From assembly GCA_041477795.1 (NCBI GenBank), contig JBGOUY010000001.1, positions 1 to 38,412 of the forward strand: a stretch of 38,412 nt of DNA, in the 5' to 3' direction. The position numbers and the translations under genes were made by a program. The notes under the pieces are model-generated. The model was not told the origin of the DNA and did no database searches. It saw nothing but the letters and a program-made list of their open reading frames with translations. Shown here piece by piece: positions 8,466-17,660 of the stretch. This DNA is from a bacterium (GTDB taxonomy: Bacteria; SAR324; JACQKK01). How positions within the stretch are numbered: the stretch's first letter is position 1; the number at the start of each line of letters is the position of its first letter.

Positions 8466-9361
8466 ATGAAAGTTGAGCGGCTTGGAGCGTTCGAGATCAC
8501 CCAGGTCAGCGAGATGGCCCGGCTCCCGGTGGAGCCGACGTTCCTCTTCGGCAACGCCACGCCGGAGATCATCGCCAAGCACCGCGACTGGCTCGGGCCG
8601 CGGCTGGTGGAGGCGGGCAGCGATAAGTTGATACTCAGCTTCCATAGCTATGTCATCCGCACCCCGCATCACACGATCCTTGTCGACACCTGCGTCGGCA
8701 ACGACAAGGAGCGCCCCTCCATGCTGGAGTGGCACCGGCTCAATCAGCCCTACCTGAAAAACCTCGCGGCCGCGGCGTCAGGCCCGAGGATGTGGACACC
8801 GTGCTGTGCACGCATCTGCACGCGGATCATGTGGGCTGGAACACGCGGCTCGTGAATGGCCGGTGGGTGCCGACCTTCCCCAATGCCCGCTATCTGATGG
8901 CGCGCACGGAATTTGACCATTTCAACCGCATGCATCAGGCCAGGCCGGCGCAACCGGTCAATCGGGGATCGTTCGCCGACAGTGTGCTGCCGGTGGTAGA
9001 GCACGGCCGGGCGGACATGATCGAGTCGACCCACGTGGTGGAAGGGCAGTCCGGGAAAGGGATCTGGCTCGAACCCGCGCCCGGCCATACGCCGGGGAAC
9101 GTCCATATCCATGTCCGGGCCGATGGCACCGACGTGCTGCTGTGCGGCGACGTCATCCATCATCCGATCCAGTTCGCCGAGCCCCAACTGCAAAATCCGG
9201 CGGACGTCGACAAGCCCCTTGCGGTGAAGACGCGGCTGCACCTGATGAACGAATACGCGGACAAGGACACCCTGATCCTGACCGGACACTTCCCCGCACC
9301 CACCGCGGGGCGGATCGTCCGCCATCGCGACCGCTTCCGCTTCCGCTTCGAGGCCGAATAG
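8466..9361 (+). pseudogene. MBL-fold metallo-hydrolase, interrupted by a 1-nt frameshift
   Basis: The N-terminal part (frame of ATG 8466) reads MKVERLGAFEIT...TILVDTCVGND...LNQPYLKNLAAA. The C-terminal part (frame of ORF 8729..9361) reads GVRPEDVDTVLCTHLHADHVGW...PGHTPG...GDVIHH...TGHF. The two join around 8772-8777, where one extra G would restore NLAAAGVRPEDVD. Confidence 0.8.
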
Positions 9362-9849
9362 CCTTGCTGCGGGTGGCGTTATCTCGAAGCGCGCGCTTCC
9401 TTGCAACGAGGGCCGGGATCCCTGCGGCGCGCTCCGTCCGTGCGGCCCATTCTGGCTTCAGCGATGGGTGCGCGATGCAACGGATGGCTTGCAGCGGCGG
9501 GATGCCGCTCCGCCTTCGCCGCTCTGATCTCTGCGCGGGCAGCACAGCGGTCGCTGCGGAACTCCGCGGGTGATGCCGGCGACGACCCCACGACCCCAGG
9601 AGGGCCGCCGCGTGGTGGAGCTGGCGCAGGAGCGGGGCTCCTATTCGACGCGGCCGAAGCAGCGCCCGGCAGCGCCCCGCTTCGAGCAGGTCGAGACGCT
9701 CCCTGAGTTCTGCCCCCTCAGTGAATCGATTCCAAGACAGGCCCCGGCGGCATAGGCTATAAGGGAATAGTCAAGAATAGTACTGCCTGTTCGGATGGCG
9801 AGCGGGAGCGGGCGGGAGCGACACGTCACGGCGAGCCGCCGGAGGCAAG

Positions 9850-10929
9850 ATGAGGCACAAGGCGACGATCAAGGATGTGGCCCGGATGGCCGGGGTCTCC
9901 GTGGGCACTGTCTCGCGCGTCGTCAATAGCCATCCCACGGTGGATCCGGCGACGCGGCTGCGGGTGACGGAGGTGATGGTGGGGCTGGACTTCGCCCCGG
10001 ACGCGTTGGCGCAGAGTCTGCGCACGCAGGTGACGCGCACGATCGGATTCATTGTGCCGGACATTTCCAACCCGCTCTGGGCGCACATTCTGCGCTCGGC
10101 TTCGGAAGCCCTCCAGGCCCAGGGCTACTCGGTGATGGTCGCCTCGACCAATGGCGAGCGATCCATCGAGCTCGAGGTGCTCGCCCGCATCGCACGTCGC
10201 CGCATGGATGCGTTCCTCCTGACACTCGACACCCCCTTGGATGCCGAGCTGCAGCGGAGCCTGGCACAGCTGTTCGCGCCGGTGGTGGTGATGGAGCGCG
10301 ACCTGGGCGACCAGTGGAATACGGTCGTGACCGACCACGGCGGCGGGTCCTACGCGGCGACGCGCTACCTGATCGGGCTGGGCCATCGCCGCATCGCGCT
10401 GCTGACCGCGCAGCCAGCGCTGCGCCCCAGCGCCGTGCGCATCCAGGGCTACCGCCAGGCCCACGAGGAAGCCGGATTGCCGGTGGATGACAGCCTGGTG
10501 CGTTGCGGCGCATTCTGGCCGGAGTTCGGCTTCCACGAGACCTCCCGCCTGCTCTCCCAGGAGGATTCCCCCACAGCGGTCGTCGCGGGCGGCACCCAAC
10601 TGTTACCCGGCGTGCTGCGCGCGGCGAACCTGCAGGGCGTTGCCATCCCGCAGCAGGTGTCCGTTGTGAGCTGTGGCGATACCGATCTGGCGCAGCTCAC
10701 CCGGCCGGCCGTCACCGTCGTGCGCTCCACGCCGGCATCGGTCGGCCTGGTGGCCGCGAAAACCCTGTTGCGCATCCTGAGCGGCGACGACGACGGCAAG
10801 CCCTCGCGCGTGGTGCTGCCCACCGAGCTCATCCTGCGGGACTCCTGTGCGCCGCCGGCCAGGCGCCTTGCAGCGGGCCGGCCCCGGCCTGGAATCGATT
10901 CATTGACATGCCGCGCAAAATTCGAATAG
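9850..10929 (+). CDS. LacI family transcriptional regulator
   Basis: N-terminal HTH ATIKDVARMAGVSVGTVSRVVN followed by a periplasmic-binding-protein-like sugar-binding fold (IGFIVPDISNP...). GGAGG lies upstream of the ATG. Confidence 0.9.
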   Translation: MRHKATIKDVARMAGVSVGTVSRVVNSHPTVDPATRLRVTEVMVGLDFAPDALAQSLRTQVTRTIGFIVPDISNPLWAHILRSASEALQAQGYSVMVASTNGERSIELEVLARIARRRMDAFLLTLDTPLDAELQRSLAQLFAPVVVMERDLGDQWNTVVTDHGGGSYAATRYLIGLGHRRIALLTAQPALRPSAVRIQGYRQAHEEAGLPVDDSLVRCGAFWPEFGFHETSRLLSQEDSPTAVVAGGTQLLPGVLRAANLQGVAIPQQVSVVSCGDTDLAQLTRPAVTVVRSTPASVGLVAAKTLLRILSGDDDGKPSRVVLPTELILRDSCAPPARRLAAGRPRPGIDSLTCRAKFE

Positions 10930-11187
10930 GCTCGGCCCACATTCCGGGCTATCGGCGGGAGGCCGCGCCAGCCGTGGCGCTTCCGCAGCGGCGGCCTCGG
11001 GAGTGGGAACGGTCAACGGAACGCAGCAGGCACGGCCACCTCAGGCGGGTTTCCGCAAGCAGGGCCGCAAACGGGCCCGTCGCAACGAGGCCCGCTCGCC
11101 GCGGTGGGTGAAGGCTCCACGGACGGATCGACCCGTTTCCTGGAAGGTTCTCGGCACGCAGGTTTCATCCGATTCGAGAGGGGAGCT

Positions 11188-12369
11188 ATGAACGTGATGA
11201 CATGGTGGACAAGGGCGGCAATCGCGGGCTTGACCATGCTGGCGCTCGCACTGCTGACGGGTGCGCTTGCGGTGCAGGCGGACGAACTGAAGATCGGAGC
11301 GGTCGGAACCCTTTCCGGTGGCGGAACGGAGTGGGGCAAGGCCCTGCAGCGCGGCATGACGGTGGCCGTCGACGAGATCAACGAGGCGGGCGGGGTGCGG
11401 GCGGGCGGCACGTCCTACACCTTGAAAATGATCATGTACGACGATCAGTACACGGCGCAGGGGGGCACCACCGCTGCAACCCGGCTGATTAACGTGGATG
11501 GCGTGAAGTTCATCATCGGCCCGGTGGGCTCGCCCCCGGCGCTCGGCGTCGTAAGCGTAGCCAATCCCGCCGGGGTGATCGTGCTGTCCGACGGCTACTC
11601 GGCGAAGATCCTCACGCCGGAGAGCAAGTACAACTTCCGCATCCAGATTCCCACCGAGTACTTTGCGCCGGGCATGGCGAAATGGCTGGCCAAGACCTAT
11701 CCCAATGCGAAGAAGGTGGGCTTCATCAGTCCCAACGACGCTGTCGGCCAAACCCTGGTGCCGGTGCAGGTCGTGGCCTACAAGGCTGCCGGCATCGAGA
11801 CGGTATACGACGAGAAGTTCGACCGCGGGATGGCGGACTTCACCCCGTTGATCACCCGCATGATGGCGCGGGGTGCGGATATCTTCGAGCTGGATGGGGA
11901 CGCCCCCGGCGACGCGGGGCTGATGGTCAAGCAGGCGCGCCAGATGGGCTATAAGGGCATCATCATCCAGACCGGCGGCCCGGGCATCGACGAGATCATG
12001 CGGGTGGCCGGCAAGCTCGCCGAAGGCTTCCTGAGCTACGACCTGTTCGACCCCGCCGACCCGGGCGCCCAGGAATTCGTCAAGCGCTATCGCGCCCAAT
12101 TCACCGGGCCCATCTCCGGGCTGTCTCCGATCTACTACAACGGGACGAAGATTCTGGTGGAGGCCATCCGGCGCGCAGATAGCGTCGACGTGGACAAGGT
12201 GAAAGAGCAGCTCGAGAAGCTCGACGGGTTCCATACGTTGTTCGGACCGGTGCGCTGGGACGGCAAGGAGCGGTATGGCGTGCGCCATCAACTGGTGCAC
12301 GACTTCTTCGTTTCCGAGGTGAAGGATGGCAAGGTGGTGCCGATCGCCCGCGTCGGCCACGAAAATTAG
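11188..12369 (+). CDS. ABC transporter substrate-binding protein, LIV/HAAT family (Peripla_BP_6-like)
   Basis: Start at MNVMTWWTRAAIAGLTMLALALLTGALAVQA (signal peptide, GAGAGGGGAG upstream). The mature part begins DELKIGAVGTLSGGG, typical of LivJ/LivK-type binding proteins. Confidence 0.9.
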   Translation: MNVMTWWTRAAIAGLTMLALALLTGALAVQADELKIGAVGTLSGGGTEWGKALQRGMTVAVDEINEAGGVRAGGTSYTLKMIMYDDQYTAQGGTTAATRLINVDGVKFIIGPVGSPPALGVVSVANPAGVIVLSDGYSAKILTPESKYNFRIQIPTEYFAPGMAKWLAKTYPNAKKVGFISPNDAVGQTLVPVQVVAYKAAGIETVYDEKFDRGMADFTPLITRMMARGADIFELDGDAPGDAGLMVKQARQMGYKGIIIQTGGPGIDEIMRVAGKLAEGFLSYDLFDPADPGAQEFVKRYRAQFTGPISGLSPIYYNGTKILVEAIRRADSVDVDKVKEQLEKLDGFHTLFGPVRWDGKERYGVRHQLVHDFFVSEVKDGKVVPIARVGHEN

Positions 12370-12384
12370 TCCGCAGGGATGAAC

Positions 12385-12406
12385 CCGCCGGCCCGCAAGC
12401 CGGCGG
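12385..12406 (+). other. intercistronic GC-rich hairpin between the binding-protein and permease genes
   Basis: CCGCCGGC-ccgcaa-GCCGGCGG, a perfect 8 bp stem with a 6 nt loop, 16 nt after the binding-protein stop. There is no U-tract. Its position suits an mRNA-stability or attenuation element, as is common after SBP genes. Confidence 0.4.
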
Positions 12407-12437
12407 CACCGTACGCTCGCAGGTGGGGAGGGAGGCG

Positions 12438-13304
12438 GTGTCCATCAATCTGCTCGTCCCGATCGTCTTCAATGGCTTGAGTCTCAGTGCGATCTATGTG
12501 CTGGTCGCGCTGGGATTCACGCTGGTCTTCGGGATCATGCGCGTCATCAATTTCGCCCATGGCGAGTTCGCCATGATGGGCGGCTTCGCGTTGCTCTTCT
12601 TCTATTCGCAGCTTGGGCTGCCGTACTGGCTGGCGCTGCCACTGGTCGCGCCAACGGTCGGCCTGTTCGGCCTGGTGGCCGAAAGGCTCGTGTTCCGTCC
12701 CCTCTACGCGCAGGAACTGCCCTCGATGATCGCCGGGCTCGGCCTGTCCGTGGCACTCGCCGATGGCGCGGTGGTGCTGTTCGACGTGCACCAGCGCAAC
12801 ATCCCCAGTCCCTTCGACGACATTCTGACCATCTCCGGCTTCACCTTTCCGGAAGACCGCGTGGTCGTAATGGTCGTCGCGGTGGCCGCGCTGATCGCGT
12901 TCTGGTTGTTCGTCCAGTACACCGCCATCGGACTGGCCCTGCGCACGGTGGCTCAGGACCGCGAAATGGCCGAAGCGCAAGGGATCGATACGAGCGCCAC
13001 CTATCGCATCACGTTCTTCCTGGCCACCGGCCTGGCGGGCCTGGGGGGTGCGCTGTTCGCGCAGATCTACGCGCTGTCGCCCTACATGGGGCTCGTACCG
13101 CTGGTGAAGGCGTTCACCATCGTGATCATCGGCGGCCTCGGCAGCGTTCCCGGGGCGGCGCTGGGCGGAGTCCTGCTGGGCATGTCCGAAAGCTTCCTCA
13201 ACACGTTCTACGGGGCCTCGATGGCGCAGTTCGCATCCTTCGGTGCGATCATCCTGTTGCTCATCCTGCGCCCGTGGGGACTGCTCGGGCGGCCCGAGGT
13301 CTGA
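12438..13304 (+). CDS. branched-chain amino acid-type ABC permease (LivH-like)
   Basis: Hydrophobic protein reading VSINLLVPIVFNGLSLSAIYVLVALGFTLVFG.... GTG at 12438 follows GGAGGGAGG; the track start at 12423 is also possible. Confidence 0.85.
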   Translation: MSINLLVPIVFNGLSLSAIYVLVALGFTLVFGIMRVINFAHGEFAMMGGFALLFFYSQLGLPYWLALPLVAPTVGLFGLVAERLVFRPLYAQELPSMIAGLGLSVALADGAVVLFDVHQRNIPSPFDDILTISGFTFPEDRVVVMVVAVAALIAFWLFVQYTAIGLALRTVAQDREMAEAQGIDTSATYRITFFLATGLAGLGGALFAQIYALSPYMGLVPLVKAFTIVIIGGLGSVPGAALGGVLLGMSESFLNTFYGASMAQFASFGAIILLLILRPWGLLGRPEV

Positions 13305-13305
13305 G

Positions 13306-14295
13306 ATGCAGCCTGTCAGCGTTTCGATGGCCCTGCCCGGCCAGGCGCGTCAGCGCGTGCTCAGATGGGTACTGATCGGGATTTTGGCCGCCGCATTGCT
13401 GATCTGGCCGCTCTTCACGCACGACCTCTTCTATACGCACATTGCCACGCTGGTCTTGCTCTACTGCATCGGGGCCGCCAGCCTGCACCTGCTGGTGCGC
13501 CTGGGGCAGCTTTCCCTGTGCCACGCGGCATTCATGGGGATCGGCGGCTACACCTCCGCGTTGCTGACCACCCGGCTGGGCTGGCCCTTCCTGCCGGCCT
13601 TCGTCGCCAGCGCCATCGTGCCGGGGGTCGTGGCGCTCGCGCTCGGCCCGATCCTGCTGCGGCTGAGGGGCGTCTACTTCGTCATGATCACGTACTCCTT
13701 TGGCGAACTGGTGCGCCTGTTGTTCAACGAGTGGCAATCGCTCACGGGCGGCGCGGACGGCATCTTCCATATTCCGCCGCCGCACCCGTTCTTCGCCACC
13801 AGCCGGGAGTACTACTACTTCGCGCTGGTCATGGCGGCTTTGTGCGTGGGGTTCACCGGTCGTATCCTGTCGTCCCAGACCGGCCGGTTCATCGATTCGA
13901 TCCGCGAAAGCGAACGGCTCGCCCAGTCCAGCGGCGTTCCGGTGCTCCGCTTCAAGGTGATGGTATTCGTACTATCTTGCGGCCTGGTCGGGATGCAGGG
14001 CAGCCTGATGGCGCACTACATCCACTATTTGTCGCCGGGCGCCTTCGGCTTCTCCGAATCGCTGAACTTCCTGGTGTTCAACGTGATCGGCGGGATGCAG
14101 ACCCTGGCCGGGCCGATCATCGGCGCCGTGTTCCTCGTCTCGCTGCCCGAGGTGCTGCGCGGCTGGGTGGAGCTGCAGCGGGTGATCTACGGGGTCATCC
14201 TCATCGTGGTCATGCTCTATGCTCCGGGCGGGCTGGTGATGATCGGCCGACGCACGCTGGAGCTGCTGCCGATCGGCAGAGGGGGCGGGTCATGA
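13306..14295 (+). CDS. branched-chain amino acid-type ABC permease (LivM-like)
   Basis: ATG at 13306 lies 1 nt after the LivH-like stop. Multi-pass protein with LSLCHAAFMGIGGYTSALL, typical of LivM. Confidence 0.85.
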   Translation: MQPVSVSMALPGQARQRVLRWVLIGILAAALLIWPLFTHDLFYTHIATLVLLYCIGAASLHLLVRLGQLSLCHAAFMGIGGYTSALLTTRLGWPFLPAFVASAIVPGVVALALGPILLRLRGVYFVMITYSFGELVRLLFNEWQSLTGGADGIFHIPPPHPFFATSREYYYFALVMAALCVGFTGRILSSQTGRFIDSIRESERLAQSSGVPVLRFKVMVFVLSCGLVGMQGSLMAHYIHYLSPGAFGFSESLNFLVFNVIGGMQTLAGPIIGAVFLVSLPEVLRGWVELQRVIYGVILIVVMLYAPGGLVMIGRRTLELLPIGRGGGS

Positions 14296-15059
14296 GCGAA
14301 CTGCTCCAGGTGCAGGACATCCAGAAACGGTTCGGCGCGCTTCAGGCGATCGAGCTGCTCAGATTCTCGCTGAACGAGGGCGAGATCCTGGGCATCATCG
14401 GGCCCAACGGCGCAGGGAAGACCACCGCCATCAATCTGATCAGCGGCATGATGCGGCCGGACAACGGGCGGGTGTTTTTCGCCGAGGAAGATGTCACAGG
14501 GATGAGCCCGCACGTGCTGGTGAATCGTGGGCTGGTACGCACATTCCAGGCGACGACAGTGTATCAGGACCAGACCGTGCGCGAGAACGTGTTGCGCGGT
14601 GCCTATGCCAAGGCGTATCCGGGGCTGCTGAAGTCCCTGTGGCGGGGCGCCCAGGGCCTGAGCCCCGCCGAGGAGACGTTCATCGATGACCTGCTGGCGC
14701 AACTGGGACTCGCCGAGATGGCCCCGCTGACCGCGCGCAACCTGCCCTATGGCCACCAGAAGGTGCTGGGCCTGGCCATCGCCTTGGCCGCGCAGCCGCG
14801 ACTGATGATGCTGGATGAGCCCGCCGCGGGCCTCGCGCACGACGAGGTGGTGCATCTCGAGGGCGTCATCCGCCGTGCCAACGCCTCCGGCATCTCGATG
14901 CTGGTGGTGGATCACAACATGCGCTTCATCTCGACGCTCTGCCAGCGGGTGGTGGTGCTGCATCACGGCGCGGAGTTGGCGACGGGCACCCCGCGGGAGG
15001 TGACACGGGACCAACGAGTGATCGAAGCTTACCTGGGAACCCCGCATGAGCCTGCTTGA
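14292..15059 (+). CDS. ABC transporter ATP-binding protein (LivG-like)
   Basis: ATGA overlap with the LivM-like stop. Walker A GPNGAGKTT, LPYGHQKVLGLAIAL, Walker B MMLDEPAAG. Confidence 0.9.
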   Translation: MSELLQVQDIQKRFGALQAIELLRFSLNEGEILGIIGPNGAGKTTAINLISGMMRPDNGRVFFAEEDVTGMSPHVLVNRGLVRTFQATTVYQDQTVRENVLRGAYAKAYPGLLKSLWRGAQGLSPAEETFIDDLLAQLGLAEMAPLTARNLPYGHQKVLGLAIALAAQPRLMMLDEPAAGLAHDEVVHLEGVIRRANASGISMLVVDHNMRFISTLCQRVVVLHHGAELATGTPREVTRDQRVIEAYLGTPHEPA

Positions 15060-15756
15060 GCTCGAGGGCGTCGTCGTCCGCTACGGCAGCGTGCGCGCCA
15101 CTCACGGCATCTCGCTGGCGGTGGAGGCGGGGGACACGCTGGCGCTGGTCGGCTCCAACGGCGCTGGAAAGAGCAGCACCCTCAAGGCCATCATGGGCAT
15201 GGCTCCGGTCTCCGACGGGACGGTGCGGATCGACGGCGTGTCGGTAAACGGCATGGCGCCGTCGCGGGTGGTGCGGCACGGGGTGGGCTATTGCCCGGAG
15301 GGCCGGCGCGTCTTTCCCATGCATACCGTGCTCGACAATCTGCGCGTCGGCGCCTACACCCTGCCGCCGGCCCGGTTCGCGACGCGGCTCGAGCAGATGT
15401 ATGGCTACTTCCCCCGGTTGAAGGAGCGTGCCCGGCAGCAGGCGGGCTCGCTGAGCGGCGGCGAGCAGCAGATGCTCGCCATCGCGCGCGCCCTGATGTC
15501 CTGCCCCCGGCTGTTCCTGTTGGACGAGCCGTCGCTGGGCCTGGCGCCGCTGATCGTGCAACGCATCGGGGAACTCATCCACGAGATCCAGCGGAGCGAA
15601 AAGCTCACCGTGCTGATTGCCGAGCAGAATGCGCTGTGGGCAATGCGGCTCGCCCGCAGGACCGCGGTGATCGAGCTGGGCCGGATCAGCCTGGCGGGCA
15701 CATCCGAGGAACTCCTCCACGACGAAGGCGTGCGCAAGGCGTTCCTGGGCATCTGA
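15046..15756 (+). CDS. ABC transporter ATP-binding protein (LivF-like)
   Basis: Walker A GSNGAGKSS, signature LSGGEQQMLAIARAL, Walker B LLDEPSLGLAP. Overlaps the LivG-like 3' end. Confidence 0.9.
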   Translation: MSLLELEGVVVRYGSVRATHGISLAVEAGDTLALVGSNGAGKSSTLKAIMGMAPVSDGTVRIDGVSVNGMAPSRVVRHGVGYCPEGRRVFPMHTVLDNLRVGAYTLPPARFATRLEQMYGYFPRLKERARQQAGSLSGGEQQMLAIARALMSCPRLFLLDEPSLGLAPLIVQRIGELIHEIQRSEKLTVLIAEQNALWAMRLARRTAVIELGRISLAGTSEELLHDEGVRKAFLGI

Positions 15757-16267
15757 CCGGCCCACGGCTGCGCCTCGCATCGCCCCGCTTCACCGTCAAG
15801 GATGCTTAGCAATCCCCGGCGGCCGTACGGCGGGGATCGTGCACGACTTGGCGGAGCCCAACTTGACCCGCTGTACCACACTCATCCCCGCCCATAGCTC
15901 GCTAGAGATCAGGCCGCACAACGCCTTGAGTTGCTGGCTGCCAGCACCGAGGGTCGTGGCACCTTGGATGGTCCCGAGCAGGGGACCCCTCAAGCACGGC
16001 ATTCCGGCATATGAGGTTCGGACCTCAGCCGGGCGAACTCGCCCTCGCACCTTGATTTCCTGTGCGAAGACTCCCCTGTGGCACTTGCAAACGAACACAA
16101 CGCGCGGCCCCAAGTGGATTTGGGATCGAAACTCGTGGTAGGAAGTGCCAAAGGATCTGATACAACTGCTCGCAGAAGTCCATCTGGAAAATGTGGGTTA
16201 GTGCTCCCTTCGGGTTGTCCGAGGGGAGAACTCCGCCTTCGGCTAACACACTCACACAGGAGACGTC

Positions 16268-16696
16268 ATGACCGACGTACATAAGGGGTCTTGTTTTTGC
16301 GGGGCCGTTAAGATCGAGGTAACAGGCGCGCCTGTGGCGATGGGCTACTGTCATTGCAGCTCATGCCGATCCTGGTCGGCGGGACCCGTAAATGCCTTTA
16401 CTTTGTGGAAGCCCGAGAACGTGAAAGTCACGAAGGGATCGGAGTTTATCGGCCGGTTCAAGAAGACGGAAAAGAGCGATCGGCAGTTCTGCAAGAAATG
16501 TGGCGGACATCTCATGACCTTCCATCCGCCTTTCGGCTTGATGGACGTCTATGCCGCGACCATCCCGAGCTTGGCCTTCGCACCCGGCGTCCACGTGAAC
16601 TATGCCGAGACGGTGCTGCGGATGAAGGACGGGCTACCCAAGCTGAAGGACTTCCCGAAAGAAATGGGCGGTTCTGGCGTGGCCGTGCCCGAGTAA
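16268..16696 (+). CDS. GFA family protein (glutathione-dependent formaldehyde-activating / CENP-V-like Zn-Cys fold)
   Basis: 142 aa with cysteine pattern GSCFCGAV...GYCHCSSCR...FCKKCGGHL. AGGAG-like RBS present. GC is noticeably lower than in the flanking operons. Confidence 0.85.
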   Translation: MTDVHKGSCFCGAVKIEVTGAPVAMGYCHCSSCRSWSAGPVNAFTLWKPENVKVTKGSEFIGRFKKTEKSDRQFCKKCGGHLMTFHPPFGLMDVYAATIPSLAFAPGVHVNYAETVLRMKDGLPKLKDFPKEMGGSGVAVPE

Positions 16697-16734
16697 GCTC
16701 TGCTGAACGCCGGTCGGGAGGATGCCGTGAATGC

Positions 16735-16929
16735 GCAGCCTCTCGGCTCGGGGTTGCGAAGGATGCGCCGGTGGGGTTCCGCCACATCCGACTCGGCTTT
16801 GACTTGCAGGCCGATGTCGCGCCCGACAAACCGGAGTCTCTCAAGAAGCTGACGGGACGCTATTGTGTCGCGTGCCAGACCCCGCGCGACGCCCCGCCGA
16901 TCCGGGTGGAGGAGCGGGCGGGTACGTAG
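16735..16929 (+). pseudogene. possible OsmC/Ohr-like C-terminal remnant
   Basis: The tail of ORF 16354..16929 reads GFRHIRLGFDLQADVAPDKPESLKKLTGRYCVACQT...IRVE. This resembles the I.l.f.l.gd...e....l....kYCpV..tl...i C-terminus of OsmC-like proteins. The upstream part of that ORF overlaps the GFA gene out of frame, so only a fragment can be real. Confidence 0.3.
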
Positions 16930-16979
16930 CCCGCTAGCTATCCCGCTCCAGTGCCGCCAGCCGTTCGGGCAAGGTCGGC

Positions 16980-17130
16980 TTATTCGGCCAGCACTCTCTG
17001 CACCACGCTCACCCCCACCCCCAGCTCGATAGCGATCCGCCGTATCCCCTTGCCCCCCTGTGCCAGCGCCGAACGAATTGCGTCCGCTCCCTCTGCGTCC
17101 ACCTTGGGCCGCCCCAGCCGCTTTCCGGTC
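16980..17130 (-). pseudogene. serine recombinase C-terminal HTH remnant
   Basis: GKRLGRPKVDAEGADAIRSALAQGGKGIRRIAIELGVGVSVVQRVLAE is a linker plus HTH domain of a resolvase-type recombinase. Everything N-terminal of GKRLGRP is missing, because that ORF continuation is antisense to the ACAD fragment. Confidence 0.55.
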
Positions 17131-17328
17131 GCAGCCGCCATGGCCAAGTCCTTCGCCACCGAGGCCGCCGTGCGTATCACTTTGCACGCGGTGCAGGTGC
17201 ACAGGCCGTTCGGCATCAGCCGGGAGGGACAGGTGGAACGCGACTACCGCTCCGCCCGGATCCTCACCATCCCGGACCGCACGACCCAGATCGACCAGCT
17301 CATCATCGGACGCAATCTGCTGGGTCTG
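17125..17328 (+). pseudogene. acyl-CoA dehydrogenase C-terminal remnant
   Basis: AAAMAKSFATEAAVRITLHAVQVHRPFGISREGQVERDYRSARILTIPDRTTQIDQLIIGRNLLGLD matches the ACAD C-terminus (aKl.asE.a..v...AvQ.hGG.Gy..e.pvEr.yRDaki..IyEGT.eIq..iI.r.lL). The conserved GGxG and YEGT motifs are degraded. Confidence 0.55.
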
Positions 17329-17508
17329 GATGCCTGCGGCGAGGTCAAGGGGCCGCCCGTCACGTCGCCCGTTCGGGCAGAAGGACGATGCCGAAGCCCG
17401 GCGGTCAATGGAGGCGGGTGACCTGGGCAGCCCCGCCCCCGATGCCCCCGAGGGATGCACAGGTTGCGGCACCCAATCGTCCAGGCGATTGATAGTGCGG
17501 GAATTGAG

Positions 17509-17660
17509 TGGAGGCGGCGGGAATCGACCTGTGAATGACTTGGCACCGAACCCTGCCGCAACCTCTCTCATATCACGTCGCTTGCTGAATCGGCGACTGT
17601 GCATTTGATGGAGGCGACGCCTCGGTTTATGAGTTATGCGTAGCAATGTGAAGGGAAGGA
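17509..17660 (-). repeat. tmRNA-like 3' (tRNA-like domain) fragment, copy A, disrupted T-arm
   Basis: The minus strand ends ...CACAG-GTCGATT-CCCGC-CGCCTCC-A. The 3' T-stem, acceptor strand and discriminator equal the canonical tmRNA end CCCGCCGCCTCCA as I recall it, but the 5' T-stem does not pair. It is colinear with and similar to copy B: 30/35 matches with one gap over 17499-17533 vs 26850-26885, and 33/39 over 17593-17631 vs 26942-26980 (hand counted). Confidence 0.4.

Noticed and set aside
9362-9849. 488 bp spacer between the MBL pseudogene and the LacI-family gene with several 60-140 aa ORFs on both strands
   Set aside because: All its ORFs are Arg/Ala/Pro/Gly-rich without motifs or RBS. 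It is probably decayed sequence plus the regulator's promoter (the AT-rich patch at 9755-9800), but nothing specific could be supported.
11041-12360. 439-aa minus-strand ORF antisense to the LIV-type binding-protein gene
   Set aside because: It is a shadow frame of a strongly supported signal-peptide-bearing SBP gene and has no motifs.
13365-14291. N-terminal two-thirds of the 564-aa plus-strand ORF 13365..15059
   Set aside because: Only the part from ATG 14292 is LivG-like. The upstream part is an out-of-frame read-through over the LivM-like permease gene.
15812-15837. GC-rich hairpin (ATCCCCG...CGGGGAT) 55 nt after the LivF-like stop as a terminator
   Set aside because: The stem has internal mismatches and no U-tract follows on either strand. 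This is insufficient to call a terminator.
8025-17130. Idea that the two serine-recombinase remnants are halves of one gene split by circular-element integration (both break near GKRxGRP)
   Set aside because: The shared GKR(F/L)GRP region is only about 70 percent identical at nucleotide level. The 8-kb remnant seems to continue as degraded HTH-like sequence past the linker. Two independent decayed copies is the simpler reading.
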